A stretch of 63,992 bases of DNA, the filler included, from Acetivibrio sp. (GTDB lineage Bacteria; Bacillota; Clostridia; Acetivibrionales; Acetivibrionaceae), in assembly GCF_035371925.1 (NCBI RefSeq). It is 4 parts of 4 records of this genome, joined end to end, with 100 filler letters (N's around TTAATTAATTAA, not from the genome) between each part and the next. Parts side by side here need not be neighbours in the genome. Positions count along the whole stretch, not along the records: positions 16,575 to 32,945 come from NZ_DAORXT010000065.1; 3 more parts are not named here. One strand, written 5' to 3'. Of this stretch, positions 19,704 through 29,341 are shown one piece after another. A program made the position numbers and the translations under genes. Each line of letters opens with the position of its first letter. Positions within the stretch are counted from its first letter, which is position 1. Under the pieces are notes generated by a model that saw only the letters and a program-made list of their open reading frames with translations, searched no databases and was not told where the DNA came from.

Positions 19704-20995
19704 CTAAATATGTGCGTTTTTTTGCTTGTCCCTTAATAAATATTCTTTCATGAATACTATGGAAAAGCTGATTGCAATCCCCACTACCGCTGCAATAGCC
19801 ACATTAAATACCTTCCTTGGTGATACTGGCTTAACAGGCGGAATTGCTTCAGATACTATTACCACGTTTGACTTGCCAATATCTGCTGATTCCATAATCA
19901 TAGACTCTTTATATTTTCGCTGATATGCATTATATGTTTCCTTTGACAAATCAATCTCCATTTTTAGCATGTCATATTTATACTGCTTATCTGCATATTC
20001 AGTCTGTAAATTTTCAATTTCCTTTTGACTTTCCTGAATAACTTGTTCTATATTCACTCTTTGGGCCTCAAGATTTGACAGCTTAACCTCCAATTCGTTA
20101 ATCATGTTTGACAATTCAACATATATCATGTTTATTTGCTCTGCTGACATTTTTATTTTTGCAAGGTCTTCTGAGGCAAGTCCGGTTTTTTCCTTCATCA
20201 TCTTCGATAAAAGCTCGTCAGATAAAAGTGCTCTGTCTGTGATTAGTTTTTGCGGTGTTTTACCTATCAAATTTTTTGCAGTATTCAGTGATGCTCTCGT
20301 CGCATTCTCATCAATCCGTATTTGGCCCAGCTGAGTTTTATATTCTATAACTTTTCCAGTTTTGAATCCAATTCCATCTTAACTTCTTCAGGACTTCTAG
20401 ATTGTGACAGGAAGTTTTTATACTCTTCCAATAGATTCTCCATATTTTCTCTTTCTTTTTGCATCTGACTCTCAATAAACTCTACCGAGTTTTCAGCCTG
20501 TTTTTGATTTGATTCAGACACAAATTTTGCAAACCTGTCGCTAACCAAATTTGCTATTTTCGCCGCAGTTTCAGGATTTTCATCGGCTACTTTTATCGTA
20601 ATCAGATTTGTATTTTTTATTTCATCTACGGTTATTTTTGACGCTATTTTATTTAAGGGGATATCTTTCAAATTCATTTCATTACGAACATATTCCAGTA
20701 TCTCAGTAGCCTTTACTTGTTCTTTGTAGCTGTCAACAGACGTTTCCAAGTACTGATATATCGCATCGACTAAAGGCTTAAAATTGTTGGCATCAGCATC
20801 ATGTGCCTGTGTCAATGCTTGTATCTCACTTTTCGTAGGAGAAATCATCAGCATCGTTTGTGCCTCATAAACAGGTTGTATAATAAATAAATTCATTACT
20901 ACGCTACCAAGTATGCAAATTGCGGTTACTGCTGCTATAACGAATTTACCCTTAATAACTATTTCAATTAATTCTTTCAGGCTTAACTCTTCCAT
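19704..20995 (-). pseudogene. Wzz/chain-length determinant (polysaccharide co-polymerase) split by a 1-nt frameshift
   Basis: 5' ORF has the Wzz N-terminus (LKELIEIVIKGK...PVYEAQTML); 3' ORF has the C-terminal AIPPVKPVSPRK-TM motif; one extra base at ~20345-20350 restores a ~430-codon frame. Confidence 0.8.
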
Positions 20996-21294
20996 TTATT
21001 ATGCCCTCCATCTTTGGTTTCCTCATGGAATATTTGCCCATGATTATCCCCTAAGCAGAAATTTAATAATGAAGGAGCAATGCCATTTTGCAGTACTCCT
21101 CTTAAAATTAGTTATTTCTTAAGTTTAAACCATTACCATTGTATATAATTAATGTGTTAATGTCAATTAGAAATATAAGGTCCTCCGTCAACTGTAACAC
21201 GCCTTGATTTTCAAGCGGCCTCTTCAGTAATTATTTAAACTGCATTTTACTGGTGAGCCTGGGCCATCTCCGCTAGATGCATATAATAATAGAA

Positions 21295-21316
21295 GGGCTT
21301 CCCATAGGGGAAGCCC
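21295..21316 (-). terminator. Hairpin terminator after the S-layer gene
   Basis: GGGCTTCCC-N4-GGGAAGCCC just past the slpA stop. Confidence 0.75.
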
Positions 21317-21342
21317 ATTTTTGCACTTAGAAGTAGAATTAA

Positions 21343-24300
21343 TTATTTTGTAGCTTTTGTAACTGTTATTTCTTTATTTTCGAACTTGTTAAGTGCATTA
21401 CCTGCGTCGTCTGTGATATATTTCACAGATTCCTTAGTTGACACTTTAAGCTTCAAGCTATCTTTCTTAACTTTGTCTTTAGCGTAGTCACCCTTGAGAG
21501 TAACTGTAATTTCTTTACCACTTACTGTTGCATCATAATCAATACCAGCTTCAAGAGTCTTTCCACCGTCTTTGATTACGATGTCAGTTGCACCCAATCC
21601 TGATACGAACTTAACGTTTTCATCGAATTTCAACTTGAATGTGCATTCTCCCAAATCTTCAAAGAAGTTTTCTTTCAGGAGGCTTGGTGCATACTTATCT
21701 ATAAAGTTGGTTGTACCTACAGTCAGAATCTCACCAGTATCAGATTCAACGTTTGCTACAACTTCCAATTCATAGCCTGATACATCGCTTGGATCAGCAG
21801 GGAGTACAGCATTATTGTTTGGAAGAACAGCCTTAATTATTGTTTTACCGTCTTTGTAGCTGATTCCAGTTACTTTTGCAAGTTTAACCCACTCACTGCT
21901 ATCCTTTTTCACTTCAAAGTCTGCAGCATCAATTGTCTTCTGAACAAGTACTTTGTCAACTTCTATTTCAATTTCTGTCTTTGAGATAACTCTAACTTCT
22001 GTTACTTCAGGTGCTTCTTCTTTAGCCACTGTCTTTGGTACTATATCAAATGCACCTATAGCATTACCGGATGCATCTTCGACATTAGCTACCAATACAG
22101 TGATTGCTGCATCAAAGGTTACAGAGTTGTCAACAGTTATTTTTACTTTGTCTTTGTTTGAACCAAACATTTCAATTTTCTTAATTTCTATATCAGTGCT
22201 ACCCTTTTTGATTTTGTAGTTTTCCTTTTTCAGCACTGAACCGTTACCACTTGTTGACATAGCCTCACTGAATGTTACATAGATGAACTTGCCGTCTGAA
22301 CCCTTGTCAACATATGTTGCTCCTTGAACTGATGGAGCTGTCTTGTCAGTAATTACAAACTCAAGAGTAATTGCTTTCATTTCGTTTTCAGAAACTGAAG
22401 TGTCTTTTATACCCTTAACGTCTATTGTATATTTTCCGCCTTCAAGCTTCTCGTCAAAAGTAATTACTGCTTTTGTGTCTGCACTCTTATAGTCGATATC
22501 AGAAATAGCTGTTTCTATTTCTTTTCCGTCTTTCTTAACTACATAGTTGTCTTTGTTTTCTGCTTGGCTCTCATTTACATCTTCACTGAATATAACTTCA
22601 ATCTTGTCTTCAGCTTCAACATTTATAGCTTTTACTGTAGGAGCTTCATTATCAGCAGTTATTGTAGCAGTAAGCTTTATGTCTGACTCAAGCTTGTTGC
22701 CCCATGCATCTACTACAGCAGCATCGTCTACTTCTTTAAGAATTGTTACAGTAACATTTCCTTCCGGAAGCAGATATACATTCTCGTTGTTAGGGTTCTT
22801 GTCTTTTGAGAAGTACAAAGTATAAACTTTATTATCTGAAGTTTCAACTAAAGTTGGCTTCCATGAAGAATATGTGTGGTAGAAGTAATCTCTTGTAAGA
22901 GCTGCATCATCACCTGAGAATCCTTTTCTTGTAGCAGGCTCGTTGAACTCGATTACTACCTTGTTCTGTGTTGCTTCTTTTATTTTAGCAGTTGGAGAAG
23001 TTGTATCCTTTGTATACTCCAAGTCAAAGGTTTTTGTTCTCATTACATTTTTTGCGTAGTCCCTGTAGCCTTTAACTCTTACTTTGTAAGTTCCTTCGCT
23101 CAATGAGCTTACGCCCAATTCAACAGTTAATGTTCTGCCGTTATCTGATAATGATTTTGAGCTTACATAGTAAGTTCCATCATTAACAATAACATCTGCA
23201 TCGGGATCATCTTGAACAGGTTCTGAGAAAATAATTTCAAATTTGTCAGGACCTATCAAAGTTATATCTGTAGCTTCAGGAACTTCATAGTCAACCGGTA
23301 CTATTTTCTTAGTAACATTTTCTTTCAAGCCAGTAGCTGCCTTGATTGTTACTTCAATTTCTTCTTCAGCTTTCAGAGTTCCGTCAACTGTCAAAGTAAC
23401 TGTAGTCTTGTCATCTGATACTGAAACTAATTTTGGCTGTTTGCCATCGATTTCGTAGCTAGTCTTTTCGCTAGCCTTGTCAGCTGCTTCACCGTTGAAT
23501 TCAACTACAACTTCTCTGAGGTTTGTAGCTTTAACATCCAATACTTGAAGCTCTTCAGGTGTTACTATCACTTTAACAGTAGCTTTTGCATCTCTGTATG
23601 CCAAACCGCTGGCACCTTTGATAGTACCTTCGATTTCCTGTTCTCCAACTTCTGAAGTATCAACTGTTGGCCAAACAACTGCAAGCTTTTCAGTTGTGTC
23701 ATCATCATATACTACTTCTACTTCTGCTGGAAGTTCAGGTGTTTTACCTACTTGAACTTTAACAGCATCCAAAGCTTTTACTTCTTTGATGGATTTCAAA
23801 AGAACTCCGAGTTCTATTGCAAGTTCTTTGGAAACATTTCCGTTTTCTACGAGAACTTCAATAACAGTCTTTCCGCTTTCTTTGTATACAGCCTGTAAAG
23901 CTGAGTAAGCTATACCTACCATTGAGTCTCTGTTTATTCCTTCTTTGCTGTTGAAGATCTTCGCTTGTTCTTCAGTCAAACCGCCAAACTCTTGCAATTT
24001 GTATGCAGCTTGGTCAAATACGAAGTCTCCGTCATATCCCAACTGTTGAAGGATTAATGAAGCGAAAGCCAAACCGTTAAGATCGGCATTTGGACCAAAT
24101 GTTCCGTCCGGATAACCTTTTACATATCCTTTTTCTACTGCATATGCTACTTGTCTTTGTGCCCAATCTGCAATGTCAGCTGCATCTGAGAATTTAGCAG
24201 CAAGTTTTGCAGCAGCATCTGCCATTGGTATTTCCAATGCTTCTTCTTCCTGACCGAACAGTCTGAGGAGCATAACTACTCCAGTCTGTCTGTCAAGCTT

Positions 24301-24474
24301 ACCTTCCAAGTTTGGCACATAATCATCTACTGATGTGCCTTTGTACAAGCCGAGCTTATACAAAATTTCTGCTTCTTTTTCATAGCTGAATGAATCAGCA
24401 AATGCAGGCACCAAGAAAGTTGAAACCATAGAGATTACAACTAATACTGCCAGCAATTTTTTGAGATTCTTCAT
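21343..24474 (-). CDS. slpA: S-layer protein (SlpA-like)
   Basis: 1043 aa; signal peptide ending AFA-D; N-terminal SLH-type region (DWAQRQVAYAVEKGYVKGYPDGTFGPN); tandem Ig-like repeats (xIEVxFSExV, VKGxKDxxGN); closely resembles A. thermocellus SlpA from recall. Confidence 0.9.
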   Translation of the reverse strand: MKNLKKLLAVLVVISMVSTFLVPAFADSFSYEKEAEILYKLGLYKGTSVDDYVPNLEGKLDRQTGVVMLLRLFGQEEEALEIPMADAAAKLAAKFSDAADIADWAQRQVAYAVEKGYVKGYPDGTFGPNADLNGLAFASLILQQLGYDGDFVFDQAAYKLQEFGGLTEEQAKIFNSKEGINRDSMVGIAYSALQAVYKESGKTVIEVLVENGNVSKELAIELGVLLKSIKEVKALDAVKVQVGKTPELPAEVEVVYDDDTTEKLAVVWPTVDTSEVGEQEIEGTIKGASGLAYRDAKATVKVIVTPEELQVLDVKATNLREVVVEFNGEAADKASEKTSYEIDGKQPKLVSVSDDKTTVTLTVDGTLKAEEEIEVTIKAATGLKENVTKKIVPVDYEVPEATDITLIGPDKFEIIFSEPVQDDPDADVIVNDGTYYVSSKSLSDNGRTLTVELGVSSLSEGTYKVRVKGYRDYAKNVMRTKTFDLEYTKDTTSPTAKIKEATQNKVVIEFNEPATRKGFSGDDAALTRDYFYHTYSSWKPTLVETSDNKVYTLYFSKDKNPNNENVYLLPEGNVTVTILKEVDDAAVVDAWGNKLESDIKLTATITADNEAPTVKAINVEAEDKIEVIFSEDVNESQAENKDNYVVKKDGKEIETAISDIDYKSADTKAVITFDEKLEGGKYTIDVKGIKDTSVSENEMKAITLEFVITDKTAPSVQGATYVDKGSDGKFIYVTFSEAMSTSGNGSVLKKENYKIKKGSTDIEIKKIEMFGSNKDKVKITVDNSVTFDAAITVLVANVEDASGNAIGAFDIVPKTVAKEEAPEVTEVRVISKTEIEIEVDKVLVQKTIDAADFEVKKDSSEWVKLAKVTGISYKDGKTIIKAVLPNNNAVLPADPSDVSGYELEVVANVESDTGEILTVGTTNFIDKYAPSLLKENFFEDLGECTFKLKFDENVKFVSGLGATDIVIKDGGKTLEAGIDYDATVSGKEITVTLKGDYAKDKVKKDSLKLKVSTKESVKYITDDAGNALNKFENKEITVTKATK

Positions 24475-24622
24475 ACTCTCAAATCCTCCTTGTAAGTTTT
24501 TTTTGGGAAGCAGGCTTGAATATTGAAGCCAGGCTACGCCTTATCCCTTTTGTTTCTTAACCTGACCTATCTTGCTTTTTGTTCAAGACTGGCGCACATA
24601 ACCTATCTTGAATTTCAAACTT

Positions 24623-24651
24623 ATTATACCATTGGCCTATTGGTGAGTCAA
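24623..24651 (-). promoter_or_regulatory. slpA proximal SigA promoter
   Basis: Minus strand TTGACT-17bp-TATAAT with TG at the extended -10. Confidence 0.75.
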
Positions 24652-24745
24652 CAACCTGAATTTAAGTGTAAAGAAATTGTAACAGAATTGAAACAAACTG
24701 TTTTGTTGGATTAGATAAGTAAATTCAGTAGTTTCAACGATTCTT

Positions 24746-24774
24746 ATTATACTATAGAATGGCTGGAAATACAA
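24746..24774 (-). promoter_or_regulatory. slpA distal SigA promoter
   Basis: Minus strand TTGTAT-17bp-TATAAT. Confidence 0.55.
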
Positions 24775-24863
24775 TTCTATTAATTGATTTTTTTGGGAAA
24801 TGATTTTTGAATGACATTTAAAAAGCCGGTATTCACCGGCTTTTGCTACGCTTTAAGGCAATA

Positions 24864-25037
24864 CTATTTGCTTGTGAGGTTCCTTTCTGCCATTTCTATA
24901 GCCTTTTTGACTATATTACCGCAGTCCCTTGAACTAACTGAGCCCCAACCTTCCTTTGCAACTGTGTTGTATACACCAAGCTCCTTTGCAATTTCGGTTT
25001 TGAGCTCCTCTGACATTATACCTCTGTTTCTGCTCAT
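24864..25037 (-). CDS. Small acid-soluble spore protein (SspF/SASP family), 57 aa, absent from the ORF track
   Basis: Manual translation MSRNRGIMSEELKTEIAKELGVYNTVAKEGWGSVSSRDCGNIVKKAIEMAERNLTSK; RBS AGGAGG. Confidence 0.88.
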   Translation of the reverse strand: MSRNRGIMSEELKTEIAKELGVYNTVAKEGWGSVSSRDCGNIVKKAIEMAERNLTSK

Positions 25038-25328
25038 TGTATTTGCCTCCTTTTTGCATTAGCTTATTAGACCAATGCCAAAAATTTTGCGTACATAATT
25101 ATTATCTTCATTTTTAATCAATTAATATGATGTAATTTTTTCAACCGCTTACTTCAATCTCAATATTTTTTGTCAGCATATGATTTCACATAATTTCGGC
25201 ACATCTTTTATTCTGATTTTGGTTACCGATTTTCCCTTATGTTAATATACTATAATAAGCGCCATACCAATTGAATTTGCCATAAAAATGGCTGTATTAT
25301 ATTAAGTGATAAAGTCAGGGTGATCATT

Positions 25329-25772
25329 ATGTCATTTTCCACAAGAGAATTATTCGCGCGACTTATTAAATGTGAAGCCGGCGGAGAAGGAATAGACGGC
25401 ATGAAAGCAGTTGCGACTGTTGTTATGAACCGTGTGCATGCTGCATACGGAGAATATTTGCGAACCGGTCAGGGGGACCTTCGAAAAGTTATATTCCAGC
25501 CCCGCCAATTCACATGTGTAATGGGCACAGTTTACGGTGAAGTAAACCCCCAGACAATTTGGTCGAATCCTCCCGAGCAAATTCACTATGATGTTGCCGA
25601 CTGGGCACTGTCTGGAAACAAGCTTCCCGGCATTGGCGAATGCCTTTGGTATTACAATCCTTTTAGCCCGGCATGCAGCAACATTTTCCCACCAAGCGGC
25701 ACAGGACAATTTGTAACCCGTGTCAATCAACACTGTTTTTACAGACCGACCGAATTATACGCACAAACTTAA
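25329..25772 (+). CDS. Cell wall hydrolase, SleB/CwlJ (Hydrolase_2) family
   Basis: ARLIKCEAGGE (catalytic Glu), AVATVVMNRV, VIFQPRQF, LWYYNP and HCFY motifs; no signal peptide. Confidence 0.85.
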   Translation: MSFSTRELFARLIKCEAGGEGIDGMKAVATVVMNRVHAAYGEYLRTGQGDLRKVIFQPRQFTCVMGTVYGEVNPQTIWSNPPEQIHYDVADWALSGNKLPGIGECLWYYNPFSPACSNIFPPSGTGQFVTRVNQHCFYRPTELYAQT

Positions 25773-25815
25773 AACCGATATCAATTAAAATTTTTTCATT
25801 ACGGAGGGAAATTCT

Positions 25816-26253
25816 ATGTCCAATTATTTCAGTCCGAACAACTGTCATGCTTTTTACAGCAATTTAAAGCGGCAAATGACTCCTAACCAGTTTTCTCCGG
25901 CCGGTATGCCCGCATCCACGCCTTTAACTGCCATGCCGCCTATGCCTACAGGCTATCCAACCGGTCCGGCGTACAGCCAGCCCACACCGGTAACCATGGC
26001 ACCTCAGCAGACTCCCATCTCAGAACAGGAGCCTGAAACCATACAAAACGTTGCCTATACCCAAGGGTACCTCAAGCAACATATAGGTGCAAGAGTAAAG
26101 ATTGAGTTTCTTCTTGGTACCAACATGCTGGTGGACAGGGAAGGTACTTTGATTGATGTGGGCACAAGCTATGTTGTAATAAGAGAAGTCGATACGGACG
26201 ATTTGCTGCTTGCCGATTTATACTCTATCAAATTCGTTCGTTTCTATTATTAA
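25816..26253 (+). CDS. Spore coat protein, GerQ/CotA-like
   Basis: Pro/Met/Thr-rich N-terminus, then YLKQHIGARVKIEFLLG...GTLIDVGTSYVVI...DLYSIKFV; cotranscribed with the CwlJ-like gene. Confidence 0.55.
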   Translation: MSNYFSPNNCHAFYSNLKRQMTPNQFSPAGMPASTPLTAMPPMPTGYPTGPAYSQPTPVTMAPQQTPISEQEPETIQNVAYTQGYLKQHIGARVKIEFLLGTNMLVDREGTLIDVGTSYVVIREVDTDDLLLADLYSIKFVRFYY

Positions 26254-26372
26254 TTGATACTGCCATAATTAATTCTATTTTAATATATAGAAAATTATAA
26301 TTTATGTACGAGCTTCGAAGAATAAAATTTGAGATGACACCGGTTTGTGTCATCTCAACGTATCCTCTGTTT

Positions 26373-26810
26373 TTAGATTCTAAAAGGTTTTGCCGGCTTT
26401 GATATTTCACACAATGCCTCCGAGGCCTCCATCTCAAGCCTTGTATCCGAAGCTATGTCTCCTAACGAAAGCATTCCGACAATTTGATTGTTTTCAACCA
26501 CCGGAACCCTTCTAATCTGCTGATTTGCCATAAGCTTCGTAACTTCATCCACATCCATCTCCGGTGATACAGTCGTGACCTGTGAAGTCATAACATCCTG
26601 TACTTTTGTGTCCTTGGGAATTTTACCGTGGGCAACATTTCTAACTACAATATCCCTGTCGGTTACTATTCCCACTACTCCCTGGTCATAAACAGGAATA
26701 GAACCCACATTGTGCTTCTGCATAAGTTGCGCAGCCTCAACTACACTGGTATCGGGAGCAACGTATGCCACACTTTTGGTCATTTTATCTTTAACCTTCA
26801 AAGTTATCAT
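26373..26810 (-). CDS. CBS domain pair protein
   Basis: Two CBS repeats (VGSIPV...GIVTDRDI; IRRVPVVE...GMLSLGDI). Confidence 0.9.
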   Translation of the reverse strand: MITLKVKDKMTKSVAYVAPDTSVVEAAQLMQKHNVGSIPVYDQGVVGIVTDRDIVVRNVAHGKIPKDTKVQDVMTSQVTTVSPEMDVDEVTKLMANQQIRRVPVVENNQIVGMLSLGDIASDTRLEMEASEALCEISKPAKPFRI

Positions 26811-27086
26811 CTCCTTATTTGATTTTCAATTTTATTTTCCCCCCGCAACTCTTTTTCATAAATGAAAATATAGACAACCCAATATATTTGCAAATCCGTC
26901 AATTTCAAAAGTCCATCGCCATAGTTTATATATTCCTGTAATCGAATTAATATCCGTTCCATCCATCATTTACTTTTTATAATCCAACTGTTTCTTATTT
27001 ATAATATGTCCATGAGATGATATAATTAAAATTAATCACATCGTTTGAATTCTCAAGCTTAAATTTCCAAAATTACTGGCAAGGGA

Positions 27087-28238
27087 TTGATTTTAGTGCA
27101 TCAAATACGTAGCCGCAAAATTTTTATAATAATCACTCTGGCACTTTTTCTGTTATTTGTTCATTTCGGACATATTTATGTCTTTCTTTTCAAAACTTTT
27201 TACAATAAATCAGGCTTAAATATTTACCTTGACCTTATAAACAGCCAGGTGCATACCGTTTCGTCAGAACCGTCAAACAAAGTGTATTTAAAAGCTGTAG
27301 TTAAAGATGCAAATGGAAATCTTATCCCTAATATTGAGGTTAATTTTAAGACTGCAAACGATATGGGTACCATGCAGCCCCAAAAAACCACAACCAACAG
27401 AGAGGGTGAATGTTTTACCTCTTATGTCCCCGAGCACTATTATAATACGGACCTTGGGGCAAATCCCCAGTCAATTCAAATCATTGCCTCAATTTCCGGC
27501 ACTGATATAAACTCAACGGTAAGCCTGAACCTCGTTCCGGTACCCATAGTTTTTGTACATGGGTACAGGGAAACCGCAGATGTTTTTGACAATTTAAATG
27601 AATTTATTTCATCAAAGGGATATAGCTGTACCTCTATAGACTACGACTCTACTCTCGGAATAGAATATGGTGCCAAGGAACTGGAGCTGTTTTTGCAAAA
27701 GCAAAAGCAGGAATTCTTAAGCCAAGGAGTTCTTGTGAACAAATTCGATTTAATTGTCCACAGTATGGGGGGGCTTGTGGCAAGGTACTATTCGGGAAGT
27801 AAAAATTACCTTAAAAATGATGATATCAACAAAATAATCTTTCTTTCCGTGCCCCATAAGGGATCTGTTCTGGCATCAATAGGGGAAGAGTATTTTAACG
27901 ACAAGTCAATCAAAGAACTGGTTCCGGACAACGAATTGTTTGTGAGTATATTTCCCCACACAATTAACGGCGGGCTGAACAACTCAATTCAAATTGGAAA
28001 TCTTTTAAGTCAGTACGATGAAGTGGTTACTGGTGAAAGTGCCAGCCTTGACAAATGGGGAATCAAAACCGAAATATTCAATGTTGGCGACAACAATTTT
28101 ACTGTGAATAACCTCTTAAGCGGAAATATTCTGGATGCCCCGAATCATAAAGGCATATTGAACAATAACATGGTCTTTAACCGCATTGTTGAAATGCTAA
28201 ATACCGATATGCCCTATCCTGCGGTCATAAATAAATAA
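27087..28238 (+). CDS. Membrane-anchored alpha/beta hydrolase (lipase/esterase-like) with an Ig-like (Big_1) domain
   Basis: N-terminal TM; Big_1-like segment (VVKDANGNLIPNIEVNF...TTTNREG); PIVFVHG, IVHSMGG nucleophile motif, D(EVV) and H(KGI). Confidence 0.75.
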   Translation: MILVHQIRSRKIFIIITLALFLLFVHFGHIYVFLFKTFYNKSGLNIYLDLINSQVHTVSSEPSNKVYLKAVVKDANGNLIPNIEVNFKTANDMGTMQPQKTTTNREGECFTSYVPEHYYNTDLGANPQSIQIIASISGTDINSTVSLNLVPVPIVFVHGYRETADVFDNLNEFISSKGYSCTSIDYDSTLGIEYGAKELELFLQKQKQEFLSQGVLVNKFDLIVHSMGGLVARYYSGSKNYLKNDDINKIIFLSVPHKGSVLASIGEEYFNDKSIKELVPDNELFVSIFPHTINGGLNNSIQIGNLLSQYDEVVTGESASLDKWGIKTEIFNVGDNNFTVNNLLSGNILDAPNHKGILNNNMVFNRIVEMLNTDMPYPAVINK

Positions 28239-28251
28239 TAAGCAAAAAATT

Positions 28252-28409
28252 TTTTCCACGTAAATCACAATAGATATCCACAAAGCTGTGGATATCTATT
28301 AAAAAATCCCCATCTTAAAACCCTTGTCTCATGCGGTTTTCACAATTTGTGCACAACCCCGATGAACAATATGTGAATTAATTGTGGATATGTTTTTGTT
28401 TTATCCACA
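28252..28409. promoter_or_regulatory. Intergenic DnaA-box cluster
   Basis: One perfect TTATCCACA (28401-28409) plus 8/9 matches to TTWTNCACA at 28252, 28274, 28287(-), 28336, 28347, 28372(-) and 28383(-). Confidence 0.72.
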
Positions 28410-28479
28410 AGTCGTCATTACATCCTAACTTTATTATTAATTTTGCAAAGCTCTTTTTATTATAAGAAAAATAATGAGT

Positions 28480-29313
28480 TTAACTGAATTTCATGCTAAT
28501 ATCAAAAGCTTTTACCGAATGGGTAAGGCCGCCTACAGATATGATATCCACACCTGTACAAGCGATATCATATATCGTATCGGCATTTACATTGCCCGAC
28601 GCTTCCGTAATAGCCCTTCCGTTAATAACTTTAACAGCCTCTTTCATTTCGTTAAGTCCCATATTATCGAGCATTATTATATCGGCCTTTGCCTCTAAAG
28701 CTTCAAGAACCTCCTCAATACTTTCAGTCTCAACCTCAATCTTCATGGTGTGAGGAATTCTTTCTCTCACAAGATAAATTGCCTGTTTGATTCCGCCTGC
28801 CGCTTTAATATGATTATCCTTTATCAAAACACCGTCGGAAAGACAATACCTGTGGTTATATCCTCCTCCAACCCGAACAGCATACTTTTCCAGTATGCGA
28901 AGTCCTGGCGTTGTCTTTCTTGTATCCACAAGCTTTGCAGGCAAATCCTTGATTTTATCCGCAAGCTGCCTTGTTTTTGTTGCAATGCCCGACAGCCTTT
29001 GAAGAAGGTTTAGCGCTGTTCTTTCACCCTTTAAAAGAGCTCTGGTATTGCCTTTGATTTTAGCGATTATATCGCCGCGTTTTACTGCCTGTCCGTCCTC
29101 TACCATCTTTTCAAAGACAATTTTGTCGTCCAGCATTAAGAAAACCTTTTTTGCAACATCTAATCCGGCTATCACTCCTTCATCCTTTGAAATCAATACA
29201 GCTTCAGATTCCGATGTTTCATCAATAATACTGTCGGTTGTAATATCTCCTGAAGGAATATCTTCCCTCAATGCATTCATAATGATTCTGTCTATGTCCG
29301 AAATATACTGCAT
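28480..29313 (-). CDS. nadC: Nicotinate-nucleotide diphosphorylase (carboxylating)
   Basis: ALREDIPSGDITT, DTRKTTPGLR, NHRYCLSDGVLIKDNH and DIIMLDNM motifs. Confidence 0.97.
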   Translation of the reverse strand: MQYISDIDRIIMNALREDIPSGDITTDSIIDETSESEAVLISKDEGVIAGLDVAKKVFLMLDDKIVFEKMVEDGQAVKRGDIIAKIKGNTRALLKGERTALNLLQRLSGIATKTRQLADKIKDLPAKLVDTRKTTPGLRILEKYAVRVGGGYNHRYCLSDGVLIKDNHIKAAGGIKQAIYLVRERIPHTMKIEVETESIEEVLEALEAKADIIMLDNMGLNEMKEAVKVINGRAITEASGNVNADTIYDIACTGVDIISVGGLTHSVKAFDISMKFS

Positions 29314-29341
29314 ATTTTTACCCCTTCCCCATTAGTATGTA

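Noticed and set aside
21251..21263. tRNA-3'-like CCCAGGCTCACCA on the minus strand (possible att site)
   Set aside because: Too short, with no T-loop, no integrase and no second copy.
28252..28267. parS-like sequence TTTTCCACGTAAATCA
   Set aside because: Only 13/16 to the parS consensus, a poor palindrome, and better explained as part of the DnaA-box cluster.
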